Positions 1-6,657 of a stretch of DNA of 21,170 nucleotides are shown here, piece by piece. The notes below the pieces were generated by a model, which saw nothing but the letters and a program-made list of their open reading frames with translations, did not search any database and was not told where the DNA came from. A program made the translations under genes and the position numbers. Origin of the DNA: an uncultured Pseudomonadota bacterium (lineage in GTDB: Bacteria > Pseudomonadota > Gammaproteobacteria > Burkholderiales > Methylophilaceae); contig CAILFU010000159.1 in assembly GCA_903833595.1 (NCBI GenBank), positions 1 through 21,170 on the forward strand, written 5' to 3'. Position 1 is the stretch's first letter; the number at the start of each line of letters is the position of its first letter.

Positions 1-1632
1 AGTGTAACAAACACGGCTACAAGTGCACCTGTGACATGGGCAGGTGACCATGTAACTAAGACCATTACTTACACCTTTGCTGACGCCACTACTAACCCAG
101 TGGTATCAACAGTGCCTGGCGTTGCTGGCACTCCAAGTTACACAACAAATACTCAAACTATCGTAACTACGTATGGTGATGCAACAACCTCAACCGCAAC
201 AAACACGGCTACAAGTGCACCTGTGACATGGGCAGGTGACCATGTAACTAAGACCATTACTTACACCTTTGCTGACGCCACTACTAACCCAGTGGTATCA
301 ACAGTTACCCCTTCAGTCTCTACACCAACATTAACAGCGGCGGTTTATCCAGGCAATTGGACTACCATTGGGACAGTTACCGCACCAAGCGTTAGTTCTT
401 TAGCCTCCACCTATGGTGACGGATATGTTTCAACTAGTGAAAATGGAACGCTAAGCAAACCATTTAACCAAACAACATTATCAGCACAATCAATAACTGA
501 TAGTAGTGGCTACGTCACTTCCCCGACAACAACCTACAATTTAACCTGGGGTACCCCTGATAAAGATGGGCCTTCATATGCAGCGCTATTTCCTTCAGTT
601 AATTCATCTATAACACTATCAGGTGCAATAACATTATGGGGCCAAACAGTAAGCGGCCAAGGTTGCGGCGGTACATGTGGCGCAACTATTTGGGCACCTC
701 ACCAAGATGTGCTTGATGCATGGAATAATGGCTGGACTGGTAAGGGTGTAACTATACTGATGGAAGATTATTTGGATGGGACTTATGCATCTCATGGTAT
801 GACAACAACTATTCTGGCTAACAGATATGCCATTGGGTCATCTATCTATGGATTCAATGTGCGAACAGATCTTGGTATGTACAATTGGGATGGCACTGTA
901 GCATCACCATCTGGGATGGTTAATGTTGGCGTAATTAATGCTAGTTGGGGCGGTAACTTAGCCGCTATTATTGGTCATGCAGGCCCTTGGACGGTTAGCG
1001 AGTTAGCTTCAGCCGCAACCTCATTCACAGCAAATAGCAATATAGCAATTAACCGCTATACAGGAGTCACCAATTACACTAATTTCAATTTAACGGATGC
1101 CGTTATTACCAAGGCTGCAGGCAATGATGGTGCGTTTGGATTAAGCGCTGACAAAGACCCCCTAGTCAAAGCACTTGCTGAAAATGCATCTATAAATAGC
1201 AGATTGCTTGTTGTAGGGGCGTTAAATTATGCTGGCTCTGTTGGAATGCCGGCAACAATCTCTTCTTACAGCAATACGGCTGGAGCAGTGAGTGGAGTTC
1301 AATCTCGCTTTTTAGTTGCTAGTGGAACTACGCCATTCCAAACAGGCGATATCGCTTTGAATGGGGTGGCTGTTAGTGGAAGTACATTAGGTCCAGATGG
1401 ACAAACATTGGGTAATGTAGGGACATCTTATGCGGCTCCAAGGGTTGCAGGCTATGTTGCAATTGTTAGAAGTAAATTTCCTAACCTAGATGCCATTAAG
1501 ACCAGCTCCATCATGTTAGATACCGCAAGGTACGACACGTTAACTTGCTACCCTAGTTGCTCTGTTAACATCTATGGTGCTGGGGAAGCAAGCCTTTCTC
1601 GTGCTTTGGCTCCTGTTGGAAGACTTAGATAA
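1..1632 (+). CDS. Secreted subtilisin-like (peptidase S8) serine protease with N-terminal 64-aa tandem repeat modules; the 5' end lies outside the window
   Basis: Frame 1 is open from base 1. Codons before the GTG at 31 read SVTNTATSAP and continue the repeat, so the real start is upstream. The C-terminal half has the subtilase motif series in the right order: VTILMEDY (Asp region, non-canonical), SHGMTTT (His), INASWGG (oxyanion Asn), GTSYAAPRVAGY (Ser). Confidence 0.8.
   Translation, partial: SVTNTATSAPVTWAGDHVTKTITYTFADATTNPVVSTVPGVAGTPSYTTNTQTIVTTYGDATTSTATNTATSAPVTWAGDHVTKTITYTFADATTNPVVSTVTPSVSTPTLTAAVYPGNWTTIGTVTAPSVSSLASTYGDGYVSTSENGTLSKPFNQTTLSAQSITDSSGYVTSPTTTYNLTWGTPDKDGPSYAALFPSVNSSITLSGAITLWGQTVSGQGCGGTCGATIWAPHQDVLDAWNNGWTGKGVTILMEDYLDGTYASHGMTTTILANRYAIGSSIYGFNVRTDLGMYNWDGTVASPSGMVNVGVINASWGGNLAAIIGHAGPWTVSELASAATSFTANSNIAINRYTGVTNYTNFNLTDAVITKAAGNDGAFGLSADKDPLVKALAENASINSRLLVVGALNYAGSVGMPATISSYSNTAGAVSGVQSRFLVASGTTPFQTGDIALNGVAVSGSTLGPDGQTLGNVGTSYAAPRVAGYVAIVRSKFPNLDAIKTSSIMLDTARYDTLTCYPSCSVNIYGAGEASLSRALAPVGRLR
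6..305 (+). repeat. Perfect 108-bp direct repeat (6-113 and 198-305), period 192 bp, inside the protease gene
   Basis: Base-by-base comparison shows 6-113 and 198-305 are identical. The flanks diverge (agtgt vs accgc on the left; gcct vs tacc on the right). The unit encodes the 64-aa module TSAPVTWAGDHVTKTITYTFADATTNPVVSTV... Confidence 0.95.
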
Positions 1633-1644
1633 CGGCCAGTCATC

Positions 1645-2313
1645 ATGGCTTACTTCATAAAACTTAGTTTGTTTTTTATAACCATACTGGCTACGGTTAT
1701 ATGCAATGCTGCTGAAGTAAACTTATTAAATGGACTAAACCCACAAAACTCTCTCACATCAACCAGTGTTAAGAATTATTTTATAATGGAGGCGTCTGTT
1801 CCTCAAAAGTGGCGATTTCAATTTAATCCAGATGAACCATACTTCGCAATTACTGGGGCTTATTTAAGCAGTTGGGTTGCGACGGTAAATGACAAGCCTC
1901 TTATGGCTAGGCCTAATAATGCTTGCTCAGCTTACGACGCTTCTGTTTGTCAAAATGTAAATGAATTTTATAAGCCAGACTCCCCAGAATTGATTGTGAC
2001 TGGTCTTTACAAGATTAACTCAGATAACATTTTATCGTTTGGTTTAAATACTGGTTATAGCTCGTCTAAACTCAAAGTTTCACCATCATTTCTTATTGGT
2101 GGTGCAAAACGTTTCTACACTTCAGATAAAAAAGACAGTCATTTTGTGGTTGAAGGTAATTATTGGCTCGGTAGCAATGTTGCTCATCGCCCCTGTCTAG
2201 ATTCGTATGACCGAGAATATTTCTGTGGAAACTTAACTGCTTGGAGTGATTTTTATTACGATCAGCATCCAAAATCTTACAATGTAAAAATTTGGTACGA
2301 AAAGATATTTTGA
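1645..2313 (+). CDS. Secreted protein, probably a small outer-membrane beta-barrel, likely co-transcribed with the protease
   Basis: There is an N-terminal signal peptide (MAYFIKLSLFFITILATVICNAAE). Aromatic and polar residues alternate in places. The C-terminus is WYEKIF, ending in Phe as is typical of BAM substrates. Only 12 nt separate it from the protease stop codon. Confidence 0.6.
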   Translation: MAYFIKLSLFFITILATVICNAAEVNLLNGLNPQNSLTSTSVKNYFIMEASVPQKWRFQFNPDEPYFAITGAYLSSWVATVNDKPLMARPNNACSAYDASVCQNVNEFYKPDSPELIVTGLYKINSDNILSFGLNTGYSSSKLKVSPSFLIGGAKRFYTSDKKDSHFVVEGNYWLGSNVAHRPCLDSYDREYFCGNLTAWSDFYYDQHPKSYNVKIWYEKIF

Positions 2314-2316
2314 TTT

Positions 2317-2350
2317 AGACATGCGAATGTCTGCATCTGGCCCTTAGTAC
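2317..2350. repeat. Left half of a short REP/MITE-like repeat (hairpin AGACAT-gcga-ATGTCT, then TGGCCC)
   Basis: The AATGTCTGC core and the TGGCCC arm match the repeat family seen at 11455, 15476, 16279 and 18834. This half ends at the direct repeat TCAGTCGAC (2351-2359). Confidence 0.5.
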
Positions 2351-2410
2351 TCAGTCGACCTATTAATCGGCTTGCTTCTAAGCCGCCGCTTAATCATAGA
2401 TTAAATTTAC

Positions 2411-2578
2411 TTAGAAAGCAGCTGCTAACTGCTGCTGCCCAGCTTTTATCTTCTGCCTTGCGCGTTCACCCTTAACGGCCTGCTGACTACGCTTAACCTG
2501 CGCTTGCATGCCCTTAATTCTAGATTGATCTGGGGTAAGTGGTTTTTGGGGTTTGACTGCAAATTCATAGAAACGCAT
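2411..2578 (-). CDS. Small basic hypothetical protein, 55 aa (MRFYEFAVKPQKPLTPDQSRIKGMQAQVKRSQQAVKGERARQKIKAGQQQLAAAF); not in the supplied ORF track
   Basis: Hand translation gives ATG at 2578 and TAA at 2411-2413. A strong Shine-Dalgarno AAGGAG lies 8 nt upstream of the ATG. It is the last gene of a minus-strand run beginning at 3241. Confidence 0.5.
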   Translation of the reverse strand: MRFYEFAVKPQKPLTPDQSRIKGMQAQVKRSQQAVKGERARQKIKAGQQQLAAAF

Positions 2579-2627
2579 GGCGTTAGCTCCTTTTAGTTAT
2601 TTAGCTAACAGCCATGCGCTGATTTTG

Positions 2628-2789
2628 TTACTGTACCTGTGTTGGTAAGCTCATCACATTAGCCACGCCAAACATAGCGTTAAATTGACCCCTTGCCGCT
2701 AGTGCGTTCATTGCTTGTAGACGCACACGTGTAGCTTGCATCATGTTCCCGCCAATAGGTACTTTTACCCAACATTCATAATTTTGCAT
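2628..2789 (-). CDS. Small hypothetical protein, 53 aa (MQNYECWVKVPIGGNMMQATRVRLQAMNALAARGQFNAMFGVANVMSLPTQVQ); not in the supplied ORF track
   Basis: Hand translation gives ATG at 2789 and TAA at 2628-2630. It starts 11 nt after the stop of the 146-aa gene, preceded by GGGGAA. The RBS is weak, so this is less certain than the 55-aa ORF. Confidence 0.4.
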   Translation of the reverse strand: MQNYECWVKVPIGGNMMQATRVRLQAMNALAARGQFNAMFGVANVMSLPTQVQ

Positions 2790-2800
2790 TTTGCATTCCC

Positions 2801-3241
2801 CTATGATTTAAAGTTACTACGCAGAGCGCCACTGACTTGTTCAATCTGTTGATCCAACTCGCCAGCTTCCACTGCTTTTTTAATGATCTCTAATGTACTT
2901 ATCAAATCTGTCATAGCGGCCAGCTCAACACTGGGTTTGCCTTTTGCAAGCTCAATCACCTTAGCGCCATAACGCACCGACACACATACCGTGCCGTTCT
3001 CTGCATTAAACCACCAAGGCCGAACATGCTTAACTAAGCTAATGGTTCTTGTTTCACCCGTTTCAGCGTTCTTCACCGTTTTCTGTTTAGTGAGATTAAG
3101 TGGCTCACCTGTGATCTGCGATTTAGCCAAAGCAATCTGTTCCCATAACTTCTCAGTGAGTTTATGGCGACGTTTCACAATTTCAGGTAAATGCTGCGGT
3201 TTGACTGTAGCAACTAGTTTTAAACTTTGTAATGTGCTCAT
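2801..3241 (-). CDS. Hypothetical protein, 146 aa, of a type I associate with integrative elements (RPWWF ... VRYGAK.IELAKGK ... AGELD)
   Basis: The ORF is intact and has a strong RBS (AAAAGGAGAATTAC-ATG). I cannot name a domain with confidence. Confidence 0.8.
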   Translation of the reverse strand: MSTLQSLKLVATVKPQHLPEIVKRRHKLTEKLWEQIALAKSQITGEPLNLTKQKTVKNAETGETRTISLVKHVRPWWFNAENGTVCVSVRYGAKVIELAKGKPSVELAAMTDLISTLEIIKKAVEAGELDQQIEQVSGALRSNFKS

Positions 3242-3296
3242 GTAATTCTCCTTTTGATTGAATGAAGCAGCACTACATTAGTGTCGAGACCGCCAG

Positions 3297-3332
3297 ATGG
3301 ACAACCTGAATCTGCCTGATCAGTCATTTTGG
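3297..3332 (-). promoter_or_regulatory. Conserved promoter-proximal box, copy 1 (ATGGACAACC...GCCT...AGTCAT.TTGG on the plus strand)
   Basis: About 30 of 38 aligned positions match 8194-8231. The box lies 55 nt upstream of the start codon at 3241; the other copy lies 52 nt upstream of the start at 8141. Read on the minus strand, TTGTCC followed 17 nt later by CTAATG is a possible -35/-10 pair. Confidence 0.45.
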
Positions 3333-3353
3333 TAAAATTGATTTCACCAAAAT
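3326..3353. promoter_or_regulatory. 28-bp near-perfect palindrome ATTTTGGTAAAAT-tg-ATTTCACCAAAAT; candidate operator
   Basis: The 13-bp arms match at 12 of 13 positions with a 2-bp spacer. It overlaps the distal end of box copy 1, upstream of the minus-strand operon. Confidence 0.5.
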
Positions 3354-3421
3354 CCCACAAAAACCGTGTTTTTCCCCTAAAAAAATATATCCGTTCATTT
3401 CTCTTTGATAAATATTTGTAC

Positions 3422-3669
3422 GAGTTGCTTAAGTTACTAGTGGTTTGTAGTTGCTGGTGATTTGGAGTGACAGAAGAGAAAAATGAGTGTTTGTAGTTGC
3501 TTGTTAGTTGCTACTTGAAATAGTTACTTGCACTAGCAACTTGCAACACGTGAGACAAATGAGAAGCCAAGAACAGCAACTACGACAGGCAACTTTAATT
3601 CACAGCAACTCCTTTTCTTCTTCTGCAACTTCTACACCAAGCAACAGGCTACAAGGCGACTAAGCAACG
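3422..3669. repeat. Iteron array: AGTTGC-core repeats facing right (3423-3511), then GCAACT-core repeats facing left (3536-3669)
   Basis: The exact 12-mer TTTGTAGTTGCT occurs at 3444-3455 and 3490-3501, and its core GTAGTTGCT occurs inverted at 3575-3583. AGTTGC also occurs at 3423 and 3506. GCAACT occurs at 3536, 3576, 3589, 3605 and 3625. GCAAC(A/G) occurs at 3543, 3641 and 3664. About 0.1 hexamer hits would be expected by chance in 250 bp. Confidence 0.7.
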
Positions 3670-3696
3670 CGCTACTTGATAACGGAGAACGAGAAC

Positions 3697-4158
3697 ATGA
3701 AGGACAGAGAAATTGCAGTACGGGGTTTTATTAATGAGAAATTTGGCAGCACTTACGGCAAAGGGTTATTTCACCGCGCCATCTATAACGGATCAATAGA
3801 ACTACGCGATCCATATACTAAATACCTAATCGATTTATTTGAATACCAGCGTTGGGATAATACGGCTAGATCAGAAGACCAACTTAAATGGTCAAAACAA
3901 CTGGCTGAAGCTGACATTAAAAGTGCACCAGAGGCTTTGGTGTCATGGATACAACACTACGATCCCATAAGTAAGTCAAAAATAATGGTTGATGGGGTTT
4001 GCGTCTATCTACCTAATAGCCAAGAGCTTTACCTCAACATCAATGATTCAGCGCATGACGTCGTTAACGAATGGACATTAAAGACTAAGCACTGCACGAA
4101 GACCGGCCCAAACAAACCGATCTTTATTGCCAGCAATGCAGATCTTGGCGTTTTTTAG
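3697..4158 (+). CDS. Hypothetical protein (153 aa from the ATG at 3697; the ORF track starts at the TTG at 3676)
   Basis: The ORF is intact. GGAGAA lies 7 nt upstream of the ATG at 3697, which favours that start over the TTG at 3676. I recognise no motif. Confidence 0.7.
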   Translation: MKDREIAVRGFINEKFGSTYGKGLFHRAIYNGSIELRDPYTKYLIDLFEYQRWDNTARSEDQLKWSKQLAEADIKSAPEALVSWIQHYDPISKSKIMVDGVCVYLPNSQELYLNINDSAHDVVNEWTLKTKHCTKTGPNKPIFIASNADLGVF

Positions 4159-4187
4159 TTTAAGCACTAGCAACATAAGAAAAACAT

Positions 4188-4209
4188 GACCGTTACTTAA
4201 GTAACGGTC
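4188..4209. other. 22-bp perfect palindrome GACCGTTACTTAAGTAACGGTC (8-bp arms around CTTAAG); a terminator stem or a recombinase/operator site
   Basis: It is perfectly self-complementary. It lies 30 nt after the stop at 4158 and 190 nt before the recombinase gene. No U-tract follows it. Confidence 0.6.
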
Positions 4210-4399
4210 GTGAGTAGGGTGGTTGGTTAGATTGGAGATAAATAATACAAACAGTCAGGTTAAGAAAAGTAACATTTCCTATACCAAAACTGTATGTCAT
4301 TGAATCTTGGAAGGTCTACCAAACAATCTTTTCGGTCGCTCTTTTGAGATAAAGAAAACACAATAGCTGTGTATTTTTATTTGTCAAAAGGAGTAAAAA

Positions 4400-4966
4400 A
4401 TGGCACAAGCCAAAACATTCACACAAGCAGAACTAGATCAAGTGCTGCGCTTCGTTAGTACTAAAAAATACGCAACGAGGGATCGCGTCATGATCCTCAC
4501 CAGTTTTTGGTCAGGAATGCGCGTGAAGGAGATATCGCAGCTTAAGATGGGCGACGTCATTAATGAAGATGACACCATAAAATCCGAAATACGCCTAAGT
4601 GCCGCCCAAACTAAAGGGGAGCAGGGGCGCATAGTTTTCATCCCAAACAAACTACGCGATGAATTAGCGGCTTATCTTAAAACACGCAAAATAAAAAATG
4701 CCGACATCCCGTTCTTTCATACTGATAGACGGCTTGGGTTTAGTGCTAGCGGTTTATGCCAGTGGTTCTTTTGGACCTACCGCAGGGCAGGCATTAATGG
4801 CGCCAGCAGCCATTCTGGCCGTCGTACGATGATTACGCAGTTGGCTAACAAGGGGATTGGCGTGCGCGTTCTTGCAAGTCTTGCAGGTCATAAATCCATT
4901 ATGGTCACGCAACGATACATAGATGTTAACGATGACATGAAAAGACAGGCCATAGAATTATTATAA
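4400..4966 (+). CDS. Tyrosine recombinase/integrase, minimal catalytic-domain-only form (188 aa, FimB/FimE-sized)
   Basis: The catalytic signature is present in order: SGMRVKE (Arg I), KGEQGR (Lys), HSGRR (His-x-x-Arg), AGHKS (His), TQRYI (Tyr nucleophile). The RBS is strong (AAAGGAG). Confidence 0.9.
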   Translation: MAQAKTFTQAELDQVLRFVSTKKYATRDRVMILTSFWSGMRVKEISQLKMGDVINEDDTIKSEIRLSAAQTKGEQGRIVFIPNKLRDELAAYLKTRKIKNADIPFFHTDRRLGFSASGLCQWFFWTYRRAGINGASSHSGRRTMITQLANKGIGVRVLASLAGHKSIMVTQRYIDVNDDMKRQAIELL

Positions 4967-5031
4967 TTGCCGCTATTATCAATACGATTAAACATAGGTA
5001 TTATTGATAAATTATTAAGATCAAGGCTAAT

Positions 5032-5313
5032 ATGACTAAATCTGAGTTAATTGCACTAATTGCTAACCGATTTCCTCAATTAGTCGCTAAAGACACTGAC
5101 TTATCAGTAAAAGTGATTATTGATGCCATATCTGACAATCTTGCTATTGGTGAACGCATTGAGATCCGAGGCTTTGGAAGTTTTAGTTTAAATTATAGGC
5201 CACCACGTTTGGGTCGCAATCCTAAAACTGGTGCTAAAGTCCAAGTGCCTAAGAAATATGTCCCGCACTTTAAGGCAGGTAAAGAGTTACGTGAACTAGT
5301 GGATCTTAGCTAA
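5032..5313 (+). CDS. ihfB: Integration host factor beta-subunit family protein (HU/IHF fold), element-borne paralog
   Basis: [48 protein letters not shown] aligns almost residue for residue with the E. coli IhfB arm region as I recall it. The 93-aa length is typical. The context (next to the recombinase, not next to rpsA) suggests an accessory copy. Confidence 0.88.
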   Translation: MTKSELIALIANRFPQLVAKDTDLSVKVIIDAISDNLAIGERIEIRGFGSFSLNYRPPRLGRNPKTGAKVQVPKKYVPHFKAGKELRELVDLS

Positions 5314-5335
5314 GCACCAAATATCTGTCGGCGAG

Positions 5336-6292
5336 TCACTTCCCGACTTCCTTGAAGGCATTAATCTCAGCAATTATCTTTTCATAACCGTTCTGGTCAT
5401 TCATATCAAGTGGCAGTTGGCTCGTTAGAAATGTATATTCGCGCGCCACGGCGCTTTGGTTAAACCAATCACCATTAGCAATAGCCGCATTCATTTCTTT
5501 GCTCTGCGCTACACTCCAACGAACATGAGGCTTAACTTCGGCGCATGACAGGTAACGCCCAACTTCAACGTTGGCAATAATCTTTTCTGCTTTCTTTTTC
5601 TTTTGACTCACCAGCGCCCTTGTTCTGTTTTGCTTATCAAGTCTAGTGTCTAAGCTGTCATGGTTTTGCAACACTGCAGACGGGCTAATATGAATAGCAC
5701 TGCCAATTTCATAAGACTTCATTTTAGCCAGCCGCTGAGTGCTTGATGGGTCAATTTGATTAATACAATCCACTACACGTGCAAGCAAGGCTATCTGATA
5801 AATGATAGGAATTTGTTTGCGTTCGTTGGTTTTAGTTTTAAGTAGTATGTGTTTGGCGCTAGATTGAAACTGACGTGCAATGGTAGGGTAGAGGTGAATC
5901 AAAGTAAGAACTTGATCCAAGATGTCTTGGTCTGACATATACAACGGAATTTCTAAGAGTGCGTGCTGATCACGTTCAATCATTAGTAATTGCGATTGAA
6001 TAGTGATGTCAGTGACTTTAGGTGGCTTTGTGGTTTCTGCAAACACTAGCTCAGCCTTATTCTGCCACCACTCATTAAAGGTATCGTATTCGAATACATT
6101 GCCGAAGGTATGCCATACCGTACACATGCGTAAATCTAAGCAATGACCTTCTTCATGACATAGCCACCAATAATCCTGACTTAAACGTAAAAATGCGAGC
6201 CACCAAAGGTATTCACTTTTACCTGCAAAACTTAGTTCAGCTTTTTTACTTGGAAAGGGCAAGCTTGGAAGTCCCGTAAACCAACTCGTCAT
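5336..6292 (-). CDS. Hypothetical protein with a Trp-rich N-terminal motif (EYLWWLAFLRLSQDYWWLC ... FNEWW); possibly a regulator of island functions
   Basis: The ORF is intact. The track start at 6298 is a TTG. The ATG at 6292 has AAGAG 6 nt upstream and is preferred. The N-terminus resembles WxWEFLRR-type regulator-associated domains seen next to integrases; that resemblance is from memory only. Confidence 0.75.
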   Translation of the reverse strand: MTSWFTGLPSLPFPSKKAELSFAGKSEYLWWLAFLRLSQDYWWLCHEEGHCLDLRMCTVWHTFGNVFEYDTFNEWWQNKAELVFAETTKPPKVTDITIQSQLLMIERDQHALLEIPLYMSDQDILDQVLTLIHLYPTIARQFQSSAKHILLKTKTNERKQIPIIYQIALLARVVDCINQIDPSSTQRLAKMKSYEIGSAIHISPSAVLQNHDSLDTRLDKQNRTRALVSQKKKKAEKIIANVEVGRYLSCAEVKPHVRWSVAQSKEMNAAIANGDWFNQSAVAREYTFLTSQLPLDMNDQNGYEKIIAEINAFKEVGK

Positions 6293-6553
6293 GATCAACT
6301 CTTTATTATTTTTAAGTTATCGATGTGGCGTTATTTTTAAGACATGTATTTCTAATGAGCATTGTCGCCAATGAAGTTAGTCGTCGACAGGTCAATTCAA
6401 ACTAGCAGACTAAAAATTCATATTTAACCGTAAAAATCAACCTTTCATAGGCATTTGTTTTTACACGCATTTTAAATTTCATCTTTTTTACTTAGATAGG
6501 GTGGCTTGAAAGCCACGTATATCAACGATTTACATGCAAATCATAATATTCTA

Positions 6554-6583
6554 TTAATTTGTCGCTTACCCCCGACAAATTAA
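6554..6583. promoter_or_regulatory. Inverted repeat TTAATTTGTCG-(8 nt)-CGACAAATTAA in the divergent intergenic region
   Basis: The 11-bp arms are perfect (6554-6564 and 6573-6583) and are followed by T-rich sequence. It sits 75 nt upstream of the 6658 start. Further hairpins lie at 6503-6518 (GTGGCTT/AAGCCAC) and 6609-6630 (ATGGCAT/ATGCCAT). Confidence 0.5.
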
Positions 6584-6657
6584 TACTTTATTTTCGTAAG
6601 CTAGTTATATGGCATTAATAAGTGATGCCATTTAATGACTAATTTAGGAGAATAATC

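Noticed and set aside
2991-3245. ORFs of 60-95 aa antisense to or nested in longer genes (2991-3245 +, 4438-4650 -, 7555-7746 -, 9178-9447 +, 9901-10086 +, 12027-12242 -, 13907-14176 -, 14843-15058 -, 15719-15952 -, 17446-17661 +, 18184-18414 +, 19082-19369 -)
   Set aside because: Each lies inside or overlaps a longer ORF with clear motifs or a better RBS on the other strand. None has a convincing RBS, and their compositions look like mirror images of the real gene.
3297-3332. Sigma-54 promoter (GG-N10-GC) within the conserved box (GGCA...GGTTGT)
   Set aside because: The GG-to-TTG spacing is about 2 nt too long, and the -12 element reads TTGT rather than TTGC in both copies.
3422-3669. CRISPR array or simple tandem repeat
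   Set aside because: The repeat units are only 6-12 bp, are irregularly spaced at 11-46 bp, and flip orientation mid-array. No cas genes are present.
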